From Zygophlyctis sp. KS116 (taxonomy: Eukaryota > Fungi > Chytridiomycota), in the NCBI GenBank assembly GCA_054661495.1, contig BAAFSQ010000357.1, positions 1-9,091 of the forward strand: a DNA stretch of 9,091 bases, written 5' to 3'. Positions within the stretch are counted from its first letter, which is position 1, and each line of letters opens with the position of its first letter. Below are positions 8,701 through 9,091 of this stretch, in pieces. The notes under the pieces are model-generated. The model saw only the letters and a program-made list of their open reading frames with translations, ran no database searches and was not told the DNA's origin. Both the position numbers and the translations under genes were made by a program.

Positions 8701-9042
8701 TAGGAGGCCAATGTTCTGAACAATCGCGATAGCGAAGTATGGGCACATTTAGCTGTCTTGAATTTGCATCTTGGGAGGCAGTATGAAGCTAAACAGTCTT
8801 TGGCACAAGCATTAAGATTAGGAATCAAAGAGCTTGATTTACTAAGGTAAAATCGTCTAAATCTAAATCCGAGAACTATGGGAGCCGAATTTGCCAAGAC
8901 ATCCCATTTACAGCCAGCCATTCAGTGCTATCAACTTTATTTAGAGCTTGATCCTGAAAGATCTGATATTCACGAAAAGCTGAGTGAGGTTCTTCATGCA
9001 TCACAAGGAAAACGTCATGGATTTGAAGTCGAAAGCGGTTAA
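5709..9042 (+). CDS. CFAP70: CFAP70/TTC18-like cilia- and flagella-associated protein (N-terminal C2-like region, C-terminal TPR repeats), ~983 aa; join(5709..5888,5916..5987,6013..6669,6694..6814,6844..7043,7074..7301,7329..7424,7453..7727,7756..7969,7998..8073,8102..8184,8215..8437,8463..8677,8704..8846,8874..9042)
   Basis: Fourteen 24-30-nt GT-AG introns give one continuous frame ending in TAA at 9040-9042. C2-like start MKVTVLGAKHLKG...VRVQF...NDTPNPEFNF. Middle region GAYFNFKEKLKSAAVQIVREKF...FLSEVYVYLTDQMHVAIN. TPR helices AWYDYACFCLR, AWSTLGHLNF, and [39 protein letters not shown]. The CFAP70 assignment comes from recalled architecture and motifs, not from a search. Confidence 0.78.
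7302..7328 (+). other. Candidate 27-nt in-frame intron without a stop codon in the CFAP70-like gene
   Basis: CAG|GTAAAAAAAATTTCTTACAATTCCCAG|AGG has the same GTA donor, size class and AT-richness as the other introns, but it reads through as VKKISYNSQ. Confidence 0.65.
8847..8873 (+). other. 27-nt intron with a rare GAG 3' splice site
   Basis: AG|GTAAAATCGTCTAAATCTAAATCCGAG|A. Retention gives an immediate TAA, whereas removal extends the protein by about 55 aa of TPR-like sequence (PAIQCYQLYLELDPE). Confidence 0.75.
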
Positions 9043-9060
9043 TAATTAATTAAACTGAAT

Positions 9061-9066
9061 AATAAA
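9061..9066 (+). terminator. Possible polyadenylation signal AATAAA for the CFAP70-like gene
   Basis: AATAAA starts 19 nt after the stop codon. Weak evidence given the AT-rich background. Confidence 0.3.
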
Positions 9067-9091
9067 CAATCGGTCCATTTTTAGTAAATCT

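Noticed and set aside
695-8873. Introns as Introner-like mobile elements or a repeat family
   Set aside because: The intron sequences share only AT-richness, with no common internal sequence, terminal inverted repeats or consistent target-site duplications.
6024-8921. Minus-strand ORFs 6024..6296, 7504..7689, 8545..8748 and 8700..8921
   Set aside because: They lie antisense to CFAP70-like exons and show no independent coding signature.
87-9042. Fragmented ORFs read as pseudogenes, programmed frameshifts or sequencing errors
   Set aside because: Every break is repaired by a GTA...AG segment of 24-30 nt that restores conserved motifs or a continuous frame.
87-9042. Alternative genetic code (ciliate-like TAA/TAG=Gln or TGA readthrough)
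   Set aside because: In-frame stops occur only inside introns or at gene ends (TAA for OLA1 and CFAP70-like, TGA for the others), and spliced exons contain none.
1-9091. CRISPR arrays, tRNA/rRNA genes, transposons or prokaryotic operon structure
   Set aside because: No repeat-spacer pattern, cloverleaf, rRNA-like tract or transposase motif was seen, and the window is almost fully accounted for by spliced eukaryotic genes.

Overview
AT-rich, very compact eukaryotic genomic DNA using the standard code. The fragmented ORF track resolves into five intact spliced genes covering about 95% of the window: an F-box protein (+), the Obg-like ATPase OLA1/YchF (-), a CAX/VCX1-type Ca2+/H+ antiporter (+), a NIMA/NEK2-family kinase (-), and a C2+TPR protein resembling the axonemal protein CFAP70 (+). 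The gene set suggests a flagellated, fungus-like organism such as a chytrid or Rozella relative (inference). The main signal is the intron architecture. By hand I reconstructed 26 GT-AG introns, all 24-30 nt (mean about 27). All start GTA, only 2 have the usual +5G, and there is essentially no polypyrimidine tract. In every case the acceptor is the first AG ending at least 24 nt from the donor, and closer AGs (22 nt or less) are skipped, which suggests length-measured splicing. Other notable items are a 12-nt micro-exon in the OLA1 switch-I motif, a GAG acceptor, a stop-less in-frame intron candidate, and two convergent stop codons probably only 6 nt apart. All exon structures are predictions from reading frame and remembered family motifs, with no transcript evidence.
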